A DNA stretch of 64,000 bases from Porphyridium purpureum (lineage: Eukaryota). Positions 20,012 to 29,780 of this stretch are shown here, in pieces (the first letter of the stretch is position 1; each line of letters opens with the position of its first letter). The position numbers and the translations under genes are program-made. A model generated the notes under the pieces. It did not search any database. It saw only the letters and a list, made by a program, of their open reading frames with translations, and was not told the origin of the DNA. The stretch lies in assembly GCA_008690995.1 (NCBI GenBank), contig VRMN01000004.1, positions 992,001-1,056,000 on the forward strand. Direction: 5' to 3'.

Positions 20012-21493
20012 ATGAGGCAATATCATTCGGACAAGCTGCGGTGTGTGTATCGGTTGGACGTCGACAGGCTCTCGTCGCCGGGTTTGCTTGAGGTTCTGAA
20101 CGCTAACATGCAGCCGAGTTTGCCACCTGGCGCGCCAAAGTATGAGCCAACCTCGACTTTGAACCGTGCGCACTATAGCTCGCCTCGGTGGCGCTCGCGA
20201 CCGGTGATGCTGTTCGGCCTTTTCCTGGTGTGTGCGGCGTCGTTTGTCGCGCTGAGCCTTCGCTCGGCTCAGTTCGCGGATGTTTCTCTCAAGGTGACTC
20301 AAAACGATGCCAGCAGTACTGGTCGTAGCATCGAGAATAACGCACGCGGCGCTCCTGTTTCGAGGATCGAATCATCTGGCTCGATAGCTGCCTCTTCATT
20401 CTCGACGACAACGGCTTCTGCGGCGACGACATATCCGTTCACGTCCAGCAGTACGACAAACGCTAGAGGCCACGGCGCTTTTGATGACGAATCTCGAGAA
20501 AAGGCAGCGCCGCGTGACGAAACTCGAGCGCAAGCGGCACACTCGGAAAGGTTCACGCGTCGAAGTGGCTTTGATGGTCGTCGCCGATCACAAGGAGACG
20601 CGGAGATATTCAGAGTGGATCGGCTAGCTCCAGTTCAAAACCGATTTCCTGGGCACTCGTGCCTAGGCAATATGCTACAGATGAAAAGAAGCGAGCCACC
20701 AGTCGCAGTGGACTCCAATTTTTCACGAAATGAGGCGAACTTTCTAGGCGCGCTGGTGCTTCCAGATTTTCGCATCGTGATGTGCTCCATTCCAAAGAAT
20801 GCATGCTCGCGTTTGCGCGCGCTGGCGGTGCGACTGATGTCAGAATCCCAGCGGATGGAGCAAGGAGCGGAAAATGGTCAGGTTATCTACAAGAACCCGA
20901 CGCCGAAAGAGATCAAATATTTCATCGAAAATTCTCTGAACAAGCAGATTCTGCAAGAGCTCCGTCTGCTGAAGCCACGCGAGCGACAGAGTATTATAAA
21001 TGACCCCAGCTGGTTCAAGGTAGCAGTTGTCCGCAACCCGTACACACGCGTGCTCTCTGCTTACTTGGAAAAGATTCTGCAGGGTAAATTTCATTTCCAA
21101 AACGCGAAAGATGTCAAGTCAATCGACGACTGGACGTTTGAGAAGTACGTAGAGGCTTTGATTACGTATCCAAACGTTCTGAACGAGCACTTCCGCGAGC
21201 AAGCAACCATGTGTGCGTTCCGATACATCGAGTACGACGTGATTGCCAAGATTGAGACGCTTCGGCACGATCTTGAGTGCATTGGTAATGTCTCTGGCTT
21301 TGGGCATGCAGTGCGGTCCGGCTGGGCGCGCAACCTGAAGTCTGGCGACTCGGCATTTGACTTTACCACGGGCCACGAAAGTAAGGCGCGCACCAAAATG
21401 ACAGATTACTACACGCCCGAGCTCCAGCGAAAGATATACGAGCGCTTTCGTGTTGATTTCGAGGCTTTTGACTATCCGTACGAATTGCCGTGA
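20012..21493 (+). CDS. Golgi type II carbohydrate sulfotransferase (Sulfotransfer_2 family)
   Basis: Signal anchor VMLFGLFLVCAASFVAL, Ser/Thr-rich stem, CSIPKNACS, VVRNPYTRVLSAYLEK, NEHFREQ..MC, DFEAFDY. Confidence 0.88.
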   Translation: MRQYHSDKLRCVYRLDVDRLSSPGLLEVLNANMQPSLPPGAPKYEPTSTLNRAHYSSPRWRSRPVMLFGLFLVCAASFVALSLRSAQFADVSLKVTQNDASSTGRSIENNARGAPVSRIESSGSIAASSFSTTTASAATTYPFTSSSTTNARGHGAFDDESREKAAPRDETRAQAAHSERFTRRSGFDGRRRSQGDAEIFRVDRLAPVQNRFPGHSCLGNMLQMKRSEPPVAVDSNFSRNEANFLGALVLPDFRIVMCSIPKNACSRLRALAVRLMSESQRMEQGAENGQVIYKNPTPKEIKYFIENSLNKQILQELRLLKPRERQSIINDPSWFKVAVVRNPYTRVLSAYLEKILQGKFHFQNAKDVKSIDDWTFEKYVEALITYPNVLNEHFREQATMCAFRYIEYDVIAKIETLRHDLECIGNVSGFGHAVRSGWARNLKSGDSAFDFTTGHESKARTKMTDYYTPELQRKIYERFRVDFEAFDYPYELP

Positions 21494-21690
21494 TGGGCTT
21501 CACTGCTACCATGCATGTGAAGGTTACCTTGTTTGGCGTGCTCTCAGCCAGCATCGATTTCCTCTCGGCGTATCATCGTGAGTTCTGATGCCCTGTGAAA
21601 ATGGATATTTGCCCAGGACCAGAGTACCACACTTTGGCTACAAGCAAACACGCGTCGATGAATTTTATTGGGGTCAAAACTTTGAGAATT

Positions 21691-23571
21691 TCACATCGGG
21701 TTCTGTCTCCACTTGTGTACCAATTTTTTGACACCCTTGTTCGTTGTTGACAACTTGAGTCCCTTGAAATTCTTGGGCAGCTCGTCCAGATCGGCGCCGT
21801 CCTTTGCAACAACTTGTGAGCTTGAATCGGTCGCCCCATCAAAGTAGTCACCCGGTGAGGCCACCACCGGAGTCCGCGCACGCTCCGATGCCTCCACATC
21901 CTCATCATCATCAGCGAGCGTTCCGGGGCTCTTGGCCGCTACCGTCGCTGCCGCCTGCGCGGATCGTGGAGAGAGAATATTCATTAGCCGGCCAAGGCCG
22001 ACCTGGTCCTGCGGCACAGGCGCGGACATCTTCTCGGCTTCTTTTGCGGCCTGTGACCGCGGACTCAACAAAGCGCCTAGTCGGCCAGATATTTTCGAGT
22101 CTGGCTGCGGATCTGTGGAGACGGGCGCTGGCTTCTTCTTCGGGGAGCGTACATTTTCGGCATTACCGTTGGGCGGCACACCACTGTCTCCAGCCCCGGC
22201 CGCGGCCTTTCGCGGAGACACCGTGGAAGCCCCAGTGTGACCCTCGCGTGCGTGTTCTTCTGTTACGGCAGCGTAAACTGCTGTTCGCGGCGACGTGAGG
22301 CGCGGCGTTCCCGCCGCCGCGCACGGCGCGGCCTGCTTTTCGGCCTCCAAGGTTTCGGCGGCAGAAAGGAAGGTCTCAGCGAGCTTGGAAGGCTCGGAGG
22401 GCTTGGTAGAATGGGGCGGGCGCGGGGCACCACGTCTGGCATCGCGCGATCCTCCACGATTTCGGGACTCGCTGCGATCGCGACGCGACATGCCGCGATC
22501 TCCAGGGCCGCTCGGGCGGGATCTCGATCGCATGCGAGCATTACTTCCGCGCATGGCCGAGCGTGAGCGCGCACGCGACCCGCCGACGTCGTCGCCGCGT
22601 GCGACCGACCGCGACCGCGAGCGGCCACGCGACTTGCTCACACCTTCTCCTGTGCCTGCAAACACGCCGTGTGCCACGCCTTCGTGCTCGCGGTAGCGAC
22701 GCGCTTCCTGCTCGCGCTCCGCGGCGCGCTCGCGCTTAAGCTTCTCCAGCGGGTCTCCCTGGTAGTCGACGAGAAACCACGGGTGCTTGCGCACCTGCTC
22801 CAGCGTCCATCGCTTTTCCGGATCCTTTTCCAGCATGTGCATCAGCAGATCGCAGGCGCCATCCGAGAACCACTGCGGAAATTTGACTCGTCCGAACACA
22901 ATTTGACGGAACACGGCGCGGTCGTCCTCACCATTGAAAGGTAAGTAACCGGCCATGAGCGCAAATAAAATCATGCCGCAGTCCCACACGTCGATCTTGT
23001 CGCCGCGGTAGCCGTATCGCGCCTTTGTAATTACCTCGGGTGCCATGTACTTGGGCGTGCCGCACTGCGTGTGCAGCAGGTCGCTTGTTTGGTCCGAATG
23101 CTCCTTCATCCAGCTCATGCCGAAATCCGTGATCTTGATGCCGCCCTTCCCGTCAAGCAGGAGGTTCTCTGGCTTTAGATCCCGATGAAATACGCCCTTG
23201 CGATGGCAGTAGTTCATCGCATCCACGAGCTGTTGGAAGTATAATCGCGACGTGTTCTCCGGAATCCTGCGGTGCTTGACGATTTCGTAGTACAACTCGC
23301 CGCCCGTCACGAGCTCCATAACCACGTACATGTTGTTACCCGTCATGAGCACCTGATGCACCGACACAATGTGCGGATGCCGAAGGTACTGCATAATCTT
23401 GACTTCTCGGCGCACTTCGGTCTCAAAATCTTCGCAATTGACTTTGGATTTTTCGAACACTTTGACCGCAAACTTTTCGCCCGTTTTTTCTGAAATGCCT
23501 AACCGCACGTCGGCGAACGATCCGGAGCCGAGCACCTCCCTTAAGATGTAAGGCCCGACCCGGAGCGCCAT
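21691..23571 (-). CDS. SNF1-related/CIPK-like Ser/Thr kinase with low-complexity C-terminus
   Basis: LGSGSFADV, AVKV, HRDLKPENLL, DFG, LLHTQCGTPKYMAPE, AGYLPF; no NAF or KA1 domain recognisable. Confidence 0.92.
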   Translation of the reverse strand: MALRVGPYILREVLGSGSFADVRLGISEKTGEKFAVKVFEKSKVNCEDFETEVRREVKIMQYLRHPHIVSVHQVLMTGNNMYVVMELVTGGELYYEIVKHRRIPENTSRLYFQQLVDAMNYCHRKGVFHRDLKPENLLLDGKGGIKITDFGMSWMKEHSDQTSDLLHTQCGTPKYMAPEVITKARYGYRGDKIDVWDCGMILFALMAGYLPFNGEDDRAVFRQIVFGRVKFPQWFSDGACDLLMHMLEKDPEKRWTLEQVRKHPWFLVDYQGDPLEKLKRERAAEREQEARRYREHEGVAHGVFAGTGEGVSKSRGRSRSRSVARGDDVGGSRARSRSAMRGSNARMRSRSRPSGPGDRGMSRRDRSESRNRGGSRDARRGAPRPPHSTKPSEPSKLAETFLSAAETLEAEKQAAPCAAAGTPRLTSPRTAVYAAVTEEHAREGHTGASTVSPRKAAAGAGDSGVPPNGNAENVRSPKKKPAPVSTDPQPDSKISGRLGALLSPRSQAAKEAEKMSAPVPQDQVGLGRLMNILSPRSAQAAATVAAKSPGTLADDDEDVEASERARTPVVASPGDYFDGATDSSSQVVAKDGADLDELPKNFKGLKLSTTNKGVKKLVHKWRQNPM

Positions 23572-25986
23572 GATGTCGAGCGGAATTCAAGCGCTTCTCC
23601 TTGTTCTCAATACGTCTCGCGCCGCGCCGAATCAAGACGTGCCGGCGGTGACTTCTCTCACGTTTGCCCTCGTGGCGTCTGCGCCTCGAGCGAGCACGAT
23701 CGCACCCACAAAGCTCCGCGCGGTGTCGTTTGTCCCTCTCTCCCACACTGACGCACGAATCAATCTGCTACCCTACCGGCCACTGCACCCTGCCCACGCT
23801 GCGTCTCTCCCTCTGCCACGCCAGCTCACAGCTGCCGCGCAACTCTTCCTCGCGCTCGCCCGCGCCGTGACCCAATCGCAGCAACTGACGCCGTCAATGC
23901 CGCACATCCGCGAGTCCCTTCACCCCACCCTGCGTTTTCCGTTCTGCCCCTGCTCGCCGCCCAATGCCCGCACGCACACGCCGCCACCGCTCGCTCTGCC
24001 AACCCCCAATTCCGCACCTGACCACCGCGCCAATTGCACGCTGCCCGCGCGCACCGCCAGACTCGCTCGACTCACCGCCGCACCAGTCAGCGCGGAACAG
24101 CCGCCACCCACTCCCACGCGCCCTCGACTCAGTGTGCAGCAGACACGCACATCTCTTCCACCACCACCAACCCCACCACACACATCCACACCCTCCCCCC
24201 TCTCTCCCCCTCTCGATACCACCACCGCCACGCTCAGTGTCGGTATCCTCTCCCCCCTCTTCCCAACCTTCTTCCCTTTCCTTCTTCCTCTAAGCAAGTC
24301 TCCCAATCCATCGAAGCAAACCGCCCGGTGTCAGTCACAATCACAATCACACAAACTCACCAACCTTCCATGTACCGGCACACCCACTCCTAACACTCCT
24401 AATACGCCTTACACTACTGATACTAGTAGTAAGGATACTATGACGAATCGTAAAAATCGCAGTGCTACTCATCGTGGTATGAGTGGGAGTCGCGCTAGTG
24501 CTAGTACTCCTAGTAGTTGAGGTGGTAGTAGCGGTGGTACTAGTCCAAGTGCCGTGCGCGCTGTGTGTGTGTGCGTTTGTCTCTCCGTCTGCTCGTCTCG
24601 CGCTTTCAGTCCGTTCGCAAGTGTGAGTGAATCGTCGCTTGCTTGCTGCGTCCGTGCTGGACGCCGCGTGTGCGTGTGTGTGTGTGTGCGTGTGTGCGTG
24701 TATGGTGGCGGTGCTTCTCCTTCCAAACTCGCTCCTGCTCTTCTTGCCCTTTTCCTACTTTCCTGTGTTGGGTGTCAATTTCGTTCTTGTTTCCTCGTAT
24801 GATTTTCGTCATCAGGACTGGAAATCGATGCAACATGGCGATGCAGTAGATTGCGAAACTGCTAGTAGAAAGCAGCCGCGGTTATATAGAATGTATACAA
24901 ATGATCAGCATGGGCGAGGAGGAGGGGGGGGGAAGGGGGGGCTGAGTCTTTTGTTCTGCGGTACCGTGCGCGCCTCATCGTAGAGAGCATGCATCCATGC
25001 AAATTTGAGTACTAGCATCATTTTTCAACCGTTCTTGAACTCTCTCATGTCCGATTCTTCTTTCTGCATCTTCCATTGCCTTCTGACTCCCACCTTTCGG
25101 CTCGCTCACGGGTCCGCTCGCTTTGACATAGCCTACCGCGGCGCGAGTGACACGGCGGCGCACAGCAGAGCGAGGAAAGTGACAAGGCGTCAACCAGGAT
25201 TCAACACGGATGCGGCGAGGTCCTACCATGGAACAGGAAAACGCTTGGGGCTACCGAACAGCAGAACGATACTGGAGAATAATGCCAGAGGTAAAGAAGT
25301 TTGCTCGTCTTGTTCACCAGGCAAATGGCCGAGTGCCTGTCAGGAAAACCGAAGAGTAAGTGTCAACGATTGCACTGGGAATCGAGACGAGCGAGACGAA
25401 ACAACGGCAGCTCTGCGACTCCGAATAGGAAGCAGCCAGGCCTGGAGCGCAATGCGGGCCACGCAAAATAGGTATCGCAGGCGTCCAGAAACGCCTTGGT
25501 CAAGCGGCCAACGGAGGAGCACTCGGAACGAATGCATTTGAATCGACGCGATTGGTGCGGCAGCTGTCTGTGCCTAGACGGGCGGCAGCGCGCCACGCCC
25601 TCGTCCGTGGGAAGAGAGGAGAGCGGGTCTCTCTCTGTGGACCTCACCAGCGTCACGTTGCCACTGGTCGACTCTGTTGCGTCACTGTGACCATCTCCAT
25701 GCCACTAGCGCAGGCCTTAAACCATGGACACAGACACGCCCATGACGAGTGCCCGGCGCGGTACACCACCACGCCGCTGCGAATTTTCTGGACGTTCCGT
25801 ATTTTTTCTTTTTTTGGCCCTCCTGGTCGGGCGCCGTCCGCGCGCTTTTGCTTTTTTCTTGGTGGCCGGTCATTGCTGGACTGGATCGGCGTCGGCGTGG
25901 GGAAGATAGAAGGAGGGAGAGAGGGAGAGGGAGGTGGTGGTGGTGTGTGGTGTGTGGAGGTGTGTCTATGTGTTAGACAGGGTAGG

Positions 25987-28900
25987 ATGGGTGTGCTACA
26001 GTACGTTGACGTCAAGCGTGCTGCGCTGGCCACTCGTGGGTGGGGCGGCTCCTGCGTGGCGGCATGGAGTAAGCGTGGAGGAGTCAGCGCGGCACGATCG
26101 GCGCGCCCGAGCAGCGCCGCGAATGGATCTGCGCTGCCGCTGGGAGAGGCCGGTGGGAGCGGCGTGAGAGCGCTCAGCTCGGGGCTGGCGAGGAAGATGG
26201 CGGGCGGGGATCGGGTTGCGTGGAGCAGGGGTGCGGATGGGACGGCCGATCTGCTCGGATGGCGTGCTGGTGCACGGGCGGCAGGATCGCGCGCGCCAGT
26301 GTTGGCCAGGTTGTGCAGCTCGACGAGCCAGCCGTCAGGCTCAAAGCAGGAAAGTGTGCAGAAGGGCGTCGAGACTGAGCTTGATTCGCTGAAGGACTTC
26401 CTGGGTGATGCGCCAGGTGGAAGCGCAGGAAAAGTGAGCACTGAATCGCCGCCGCCTCCGGAGAATGTCATGGAGCCACACTCGTTCCAGGCCGACGTCG
26501 CGCGCGTTATGGACATCATCATTCACTCGCTCTACTCGCAACCAGAGGTATTCCTGCGCGAGCTGGTGTCGAACGCTTCCGATGCCATGGATAAGCGCCG
26601 CCTCCTGGCCCTGCAGTCTGACTCCAAGGTCACCATGCCACAGCTCGACAAGGGTGAGGCCTTTGAAGTCAAGGTGTTTGCCGATAAAATTAAGAAGCAG
26701 CTCATCATTGAAGACGCTGGTGTTGGTATGACCAAGGAGGAGCTGTTGGAAACGCTTGGCTCGATCGCGACGTCTGGCACCAAGAAATTTGCCGAGGCGC
26801 TGAAACAGAGCAAGGGTGTGGGTGACCAGTCCGCGCTGATCGGACAGTTTGGTGTTGGCTTTTACTCGTCATTCTTGGTCGCAGATAAGGTTTCTGTCGT
26901 TACCAGAAGTGCCATGGAAAACGGCGAGCAATACATATGGGAAAGTGTCCGGGGAGAAGGCTACTCAGTGGGTCTCGACAAAGCGAAACCATTTGGTGAA
27001 TTGACTGCACCTGGAAGCAAAGTAGTGTTACATTTGAAGGACGACCAAAAGCAGTTTTTGGAGCTCTCTGTGCTGAAAAATCTGCTGAAGAAGTACTCGG
27101 AGTTCGTCCCGGCACCCATCAAGCTTGCTGTGCGCTTGGATGAAACTGAAGCGGATCCTGCTTGGCAACATGTCAATGCGCAGCCACCAATCTGGTTGCG
27201 AAGTCCAAAAGATGTCACCGCATCCGAATACACTGACTTTTATCGCAAGGTGACTGGACTGAACGATGTGCCGCTCAGCAAAGCACACTTTACTGCGGAG
27301 GGCGACATATCGTTCAAGTCGGTATTGTTTGTTCCGAGCGTGATGCCAAAATATCTGCGCGGTGACCAGGGGGGCGATGGTAAGCCGCGAATCTCCTTGT
27401 ATGTGAAGCGTGTGTTTATCACCAACGATTTGAAGAGCACGCTGCCCGACTGGACACATTTTGTGTGCGGAGTGGTGGACAGCGATGACCTGCCGCTCAA
27501 CGTGTCGCGCGAAATGTTGCAAAAATCAAAAGCGTTGCGAACAATTGGCAACCAGATCGTGCGAAAGGCGCTCAGCATGCTGACTGCCTTGGCGAACGAC
27601 GAAAAGGACCCGATTCCTTATGAGACATTCTGGAGAACGATGGGCGGTTTGATTCAGGTTGGTGTAACACAAGAGGAAGGCAAAGTTCAGAGGCAACTCA
27701 TGGGTCTGCTGCGCTTTTGGACCACGATTGATGATGGCGAACGCCTGGTTGGTCTGGAAGAGTACGTGAGGCGTATGCCAGCGGAGCAGAAAGAAATTTA
27801 CTATGTGATTGGCTCGAGTCAAGATCAGGCGCGCAATTCTCCGTACCTCAAGAAAGTATTGAACAAGGGATTCCCAGTAATTTACGCGACCGACTCTGTC
27901 GAGCAACTGATGCTTGCCCGCATCGGTGACTATGTTACTTCAGCGCGAGGCAAAGGTAGCGAGTCGCTGGTCTTCACGGAGGTTGGCGCTGAAATTGCTG
28001 GCGAGTCTGGCGCAGACGATGAGTCGAAGAAGCGTCTGAGCAAGAAATTTGCGCCTTTGTCTGAATATGTTGCCCAGTTGCTGGGCTCAAACAAAGTGAG
28101 CACGGTCGAGGTCACCAACGCGCTGGCCGAGTCTGGCGTGTTGCTGGCGATTGCGCCCAGCCCGTTCGGGTTTTCACCGGCGATGGAACAGTACATGTTC
28201 ATGCAGCAGCGCATGGAGAGCGGTCCTACGGGCGAGCATTCTGGGTCGACGACGCCGCCGGCGCTGCCAAAAGCCGTGCAGATAAATGCGGCGCATCCGG
28301 CCGCAACGACGTTGCTGCAAATGGCTATGAGTGACGAGCAAAAACACGCGGAAGAACTTGAAAGCCTCGTGCATGTACTTTACCATGCTGCACTTGTGCG
28401 CTCTGGGTACGCAGTGTACGACCCAACGGCATTTGTAACCGGTATTGACAACCTCGTTACGTCACAGATGTGGCAAATTCAGGAGGATCGAACGCTTCCA
28501 CCGGTACCCGAAATGGCAGATTTAAGCATGCCAGAAGAGTTTGATCAGGATGACGGCGAGTATCCGATGAAAAAATCAGAAGACACTGAGGGCGGTGGCT
28601 CGAGCTTTGACGCCAAGCTTCAGGCTGATGCACGAGCTCTAGCAGATGATGAAGAAGCGGAAGGTGGCGATGATAGGGACTTCAAGGGTTCTGCAAAGGA
28701 CCCCTTAGAAGACATTGATTTCTCCACCGTAGGTGAAGTTGGGGACTCTCAAAGACAGTACGAAGGAAAAGCAGCCTCGCCGAGGTCAGACTACGAAAGA
28801 TCTGAGTACTCAGATTCGGATACGGAAATGAAGGCGGGCAAAACTGTTGAAGAAATCCTGGAAGAGGAAAGGTTGAAGAAGCAGAATATGTCATATACAA

Positions 28901-29475
28901 AGCCCTCTTACAAACAAGACCCGCTACTGGATGAGAACTCTCCTGAATTTAAAGCCAAGGAGGAAGAAATGCGCCGATTCTTGAAGCAGGAGCAGGAACG
29001 CGGCCTCACACCTGACGACCCAGACCTGCAAAACATTGATCCCGCGGAGTGGAACAGGCCCGCGTCATCATCCTCAGATGATGACAATATTGACTACTGC
29101 AAGAAGGATACCGTTGATCAACCCTTCCGCGATGCGGGTGGAGATGAGGACGGAGGCGAAGAGGAAGATATGTTCAGAGATCCTGACGATGCCAAGGCTG
29201 GTCGCCGGGGCGATCAAGGTGCGGATGAAGATGTAGAGACAAGTGGTCCAGAAGATGAGCCTCAGGACACCGCAGAGAAGATGGAAGTTGAGAAGGAGCC
29301 CGAGGACATGGCCTCCAAGCTTGGTGAAGAGAAGTCAGAGTGGGACGACGATACCTGGGTAGAAGATGACGGCACCGAGGGTAGGCTTGACGGAAAACCT
29401 GTAGACAAGAAGAAAGACGAATCTGGTGGAACGAAGAAGCGCAAGCACGATGGTGATTTGGACTCGCCGGACTAG
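25987..29475 (+). CDS. Organellar (probably mitochondrial) HSP90-family chaperone with long acidic C-terminal extension
   Basis: FLRELVSNASDA, DAGVGMT, IGQFGVGFYSSF, LYVKRVFI, GVVDSDDLPLNVSRE; Arg/Ala/Ser-rich presequence from ATG 25987; no MEEVD or HDEL. Confidence 0.9.
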   Translation: MGVLQYVDVKRAALATRGWGGSCVAAWSKRGGVSAARSARPSSAANGSALPLGEAGGSGVRALSSGLARKMAGGDRVAWSRGADGTADLLGWRAGARAAGSRAPVLARLCSSTSQPSGSKQESVQKGVETELDSLKDFLGDAPGGSAGKVSTESPPPPENVMEPHSFQADVARVMDIIIHSLYSQPEVFLRELVSNASDAMDKRRLLALQSDSKVTMPQLDKGEAFEVKVFADKIKKQLIIEDAGVGMTKEELLETLGSIATSGTKKFAEALKQSKGVGDQSALIGQFGVGFYSSFLVADKVSVVTRSAMENGEQYIWESVRGEGYSVGLDKAKPFGELTAPGSKVVLHLKDDQKQFLELSVLKNLLKKYSEFVPAPIKLAVRLDETEADPAWQHVNAQPPIWLRSPKDVTASEYTDFYRKVTGLNDVPLSKAHFTAEGDISFKSVLFVPSVMPKYLRGDQGGDGKPRISLYVKRVFITNDLKSTLPDWTHFVCGVVDSDDLPLNVSREMLQKSKALRTIGNQIVRKALSMLTALANDEKDPIPYETFWRTMGGLIQVGVTQEEGKVQRQLMGLLRFWTTIDDGERLVGLEEYVRRMPAEQKEIYYVIGSSQDQARNSPYLKKVLNKGFPVIYATDSVEQLMLARIGDYVTSARGKGSESLVFTEVGAEIAGESGADDESKKRLSKKFAPLSEYVAQLLGSNKVSTVEVTNALAESGVLLAIAPSPFGFSPAMEQYMFMQQRMESGPTGEHSGSTTPPALPKAVQINAAHPAATTLLQMAMSDEQKHAEELESLVHVLYHAALVRSGYAVYDPTAFVTGIDNLVTSQMWQIQEDRTLPPVPEMADLSMPEEFDQDDGEYPMKKSEDTEGGGSSFDAKLQADARALADDEEAEGGDDRDFKGSAKDPLEDIDFSTVGEVGDSQRQYEGKAASPRSDYERSEYSDSDTEMKAGKTVEEILEEERLKKQNMSYTKPSYKQDPLLDENSPEFKAKEEEMRRFLKQEQERGLTPDDPDLQNIDPAEWNRPASSSSDDDNIDYCKKDTVDQPFRDAGGDEDGGEEEDMFRDPDDAKAGRRGDQGADEDVETSGPEDEPQDTAEKMEVEKEPEDMASKLGEEKSEWDDDTWVEDDGTEGRLDGKPVDKKKDESGGTKKRKHDGDLDSPD

Positions 29476-29780
29476 GGAAGCCCGCATGTCTTGAGAGGCA
29501 TGGGCACCAAGATTGCCACTAGTAAACTTGTACTTGATGTAAGATTTTCATCGGTTCCCCACCATCTATAGGGACATTGGCTCTGAAAGCAGTGTTACGC
29601 ATGCGACGCCGGTCACATAGGTATGAGACGAGCGAGGTGCTAGGCCGACCTTGCTTCTTCTTTTTTTTTCTCCCGGGATCCCGCGAACGCATGCAGCGCT
29701 CACGGAAAGATCAGGCCCAGTCATCGCGACCACTTTCTGTTATACTTGACGGGAGCAACGTTCAAGGCGGCGCGATCGGG

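Noticed and set aside
23570..24520. 316-aa plus-strand ORF
   Set aside because: Pro/Thr/Leu-rich translation of a C-rich leader region antisense to the kinase 5' side; no recognisable domain.
24975..25541. Short ORFs between the kinase and HSP90
   Set aside because: No motifs or coding-like composition; cannot be supported.
25552..25986. 145-codon N-terminal extension of the HSP90 ORF
   Set aside because: Non-ATG start and translation through T-rich and GA/GT-rich leader sequence. Similar GTG/TTG extensions in the ORF track were trimmed for other genes.
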